Below, in pieces: positions 63,001 to 64,000 of a stretch of 64,000 nt of DNA (the stretch's first letter is position 1; each line of letters begins with the position of its first letter). The stretch comes from Botryllus schlosseri (lineage: Eukaryota), in NCBI GenBank assembly GCA_051294905.1, contig CM119371.1:18042001-18106000 (forward strand), in the 5' to 3' direction. A program made the position numbers and the translations under genes. The notes under the pieces were generated by a model, which saw only the letters and a program-made list of their open reading frames with translations, did no database searches and was not told where the DNA came from.

Positions 63001-64000
63001 CACGCTTTAGTTTATATTTAACCCGACGGTCGAGACTCGCAGACCGTATTTGGTAAAAAAATCGTGGAGTTTTTACAGTCGTGACGCACCTTTTGTTGTG
63101 GCATCGAAATACTGAAAATAATATGGTTTTGTGACGTTATAATGACAATGAAACTGACTTTCGAATGGTGTATGTATATTCATATCGTATGCGAATATGA
63201 CAGTATAACAATATTTCATCAGTGTTGTGACTTTTGTTGGTTTCAGTGAATTTTGTTATCTAATCTCCTTCTTTCGCTGACGTGGATTATGCTTCTGGCT
63301 TTCATAATTTTCATGTTAAAATCTGAGCTACAGTTTTATCGCTGTCTGAGAGCAAAATAGGCCAAGTCTTGGATGAAACGTGCACGGATTGTAGGGCCCA
63401 GCAGTGACGTGCGGTCAGGGGAGGCAACTGAGTCAGTTGCAAGTTGGCGAAACCTATTTCTGTACTTCTAGACCAGTGGTTCCCAACGTTTTTGTCTTAA
63501 TTCCCCACTTCAGATTTATTCCGAGTCTTCATTACCCACTATCCGAAACTATCGCCGTATTCCCTCTCAACTTTTGTCATCACGGAGCATCTATTTGCTT
63601 GTTTGAATATAAGACACACAACCACGCCAGTATGCAAGACAATTGCCTATAACTGCAACATAAAAAGTATTGTAAAGATGTGAACCGATACCCGTAGCCC
63701 GCAAAATTAAGCGAAAGGGTTATTTCACGTCATAATGATCGTGCTGGATGCGTTTGTGACGCCATCATTGGTTATTCAGAGTAAGAATGATACACGCGAT
63801 ACAATTTTCGATACATACATTCCAGAGCAGTTAACTGGTAATGGTAATCGTGCTTGTGTCTCAGTAAAAATGTAGACTATCCTGTATATCAGTGCTCTTC
63901 AACCTTTCTCGTCGTACACCCCTGACCAGATAACTCACTGATTCATCCGTATAGTAAGCCTAATCCAGCAGAGTTCAGCCTCGTTGTTATTCAGGGCCGT

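Noticed and set aside
63474-64000. Charlie-type left TIRs at 63474 and 63890 and a family-A start at 63992
   Set aside because: No matching right ends or TSDs lie inside the window, so the elements cannot be delimited.

Overview
This is eukaryotic, AT-rich and transposon-dense DNA. An ascidian (tunicate) origin is inferred from the gene families present. Genes: (1) an intronless 820-aa rhodopsin-class GPCR with LDLa repeats but no LRRs (6089-8551, -); (2) two tandem alpha-1,3-fucosyltransferase (GT10) paralogs with matching six-exon layouts, where copy A (about 27785-36991, +) is a multiply disabled pseudogene and copy B (about 42043-54145, +) looks largely intact, plus a decayed duplicate of B's last exon (56891-57155); (3) an intronless 399-aa orphan 7TM protein with a very long first extracellular loop (58895-60094, -); (4) a tRNA-Glu(TTC) with a 5-nt deletion. 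The rest is mostly mobile DNA: a full-length dead piggyBac with TTAA TSDs, about a dozen hAT elements or MITEs with readable 8-bp TSDs (several nested), a TA-TSD MITE, two tRNA-derived SINE families and L2/CR1-type LINE 3' fragments. The most unusual structure is a 2463-bp hAT derivative (13937-16399) in which two apparently identical 529-bp inverted arms and a perfect 8-bp TSD flank a decayed, 5'-truncated transposase core. All coordinates and alignments were read by eye and no database searches were run. Most short ORFs in the supplied track are spurious.
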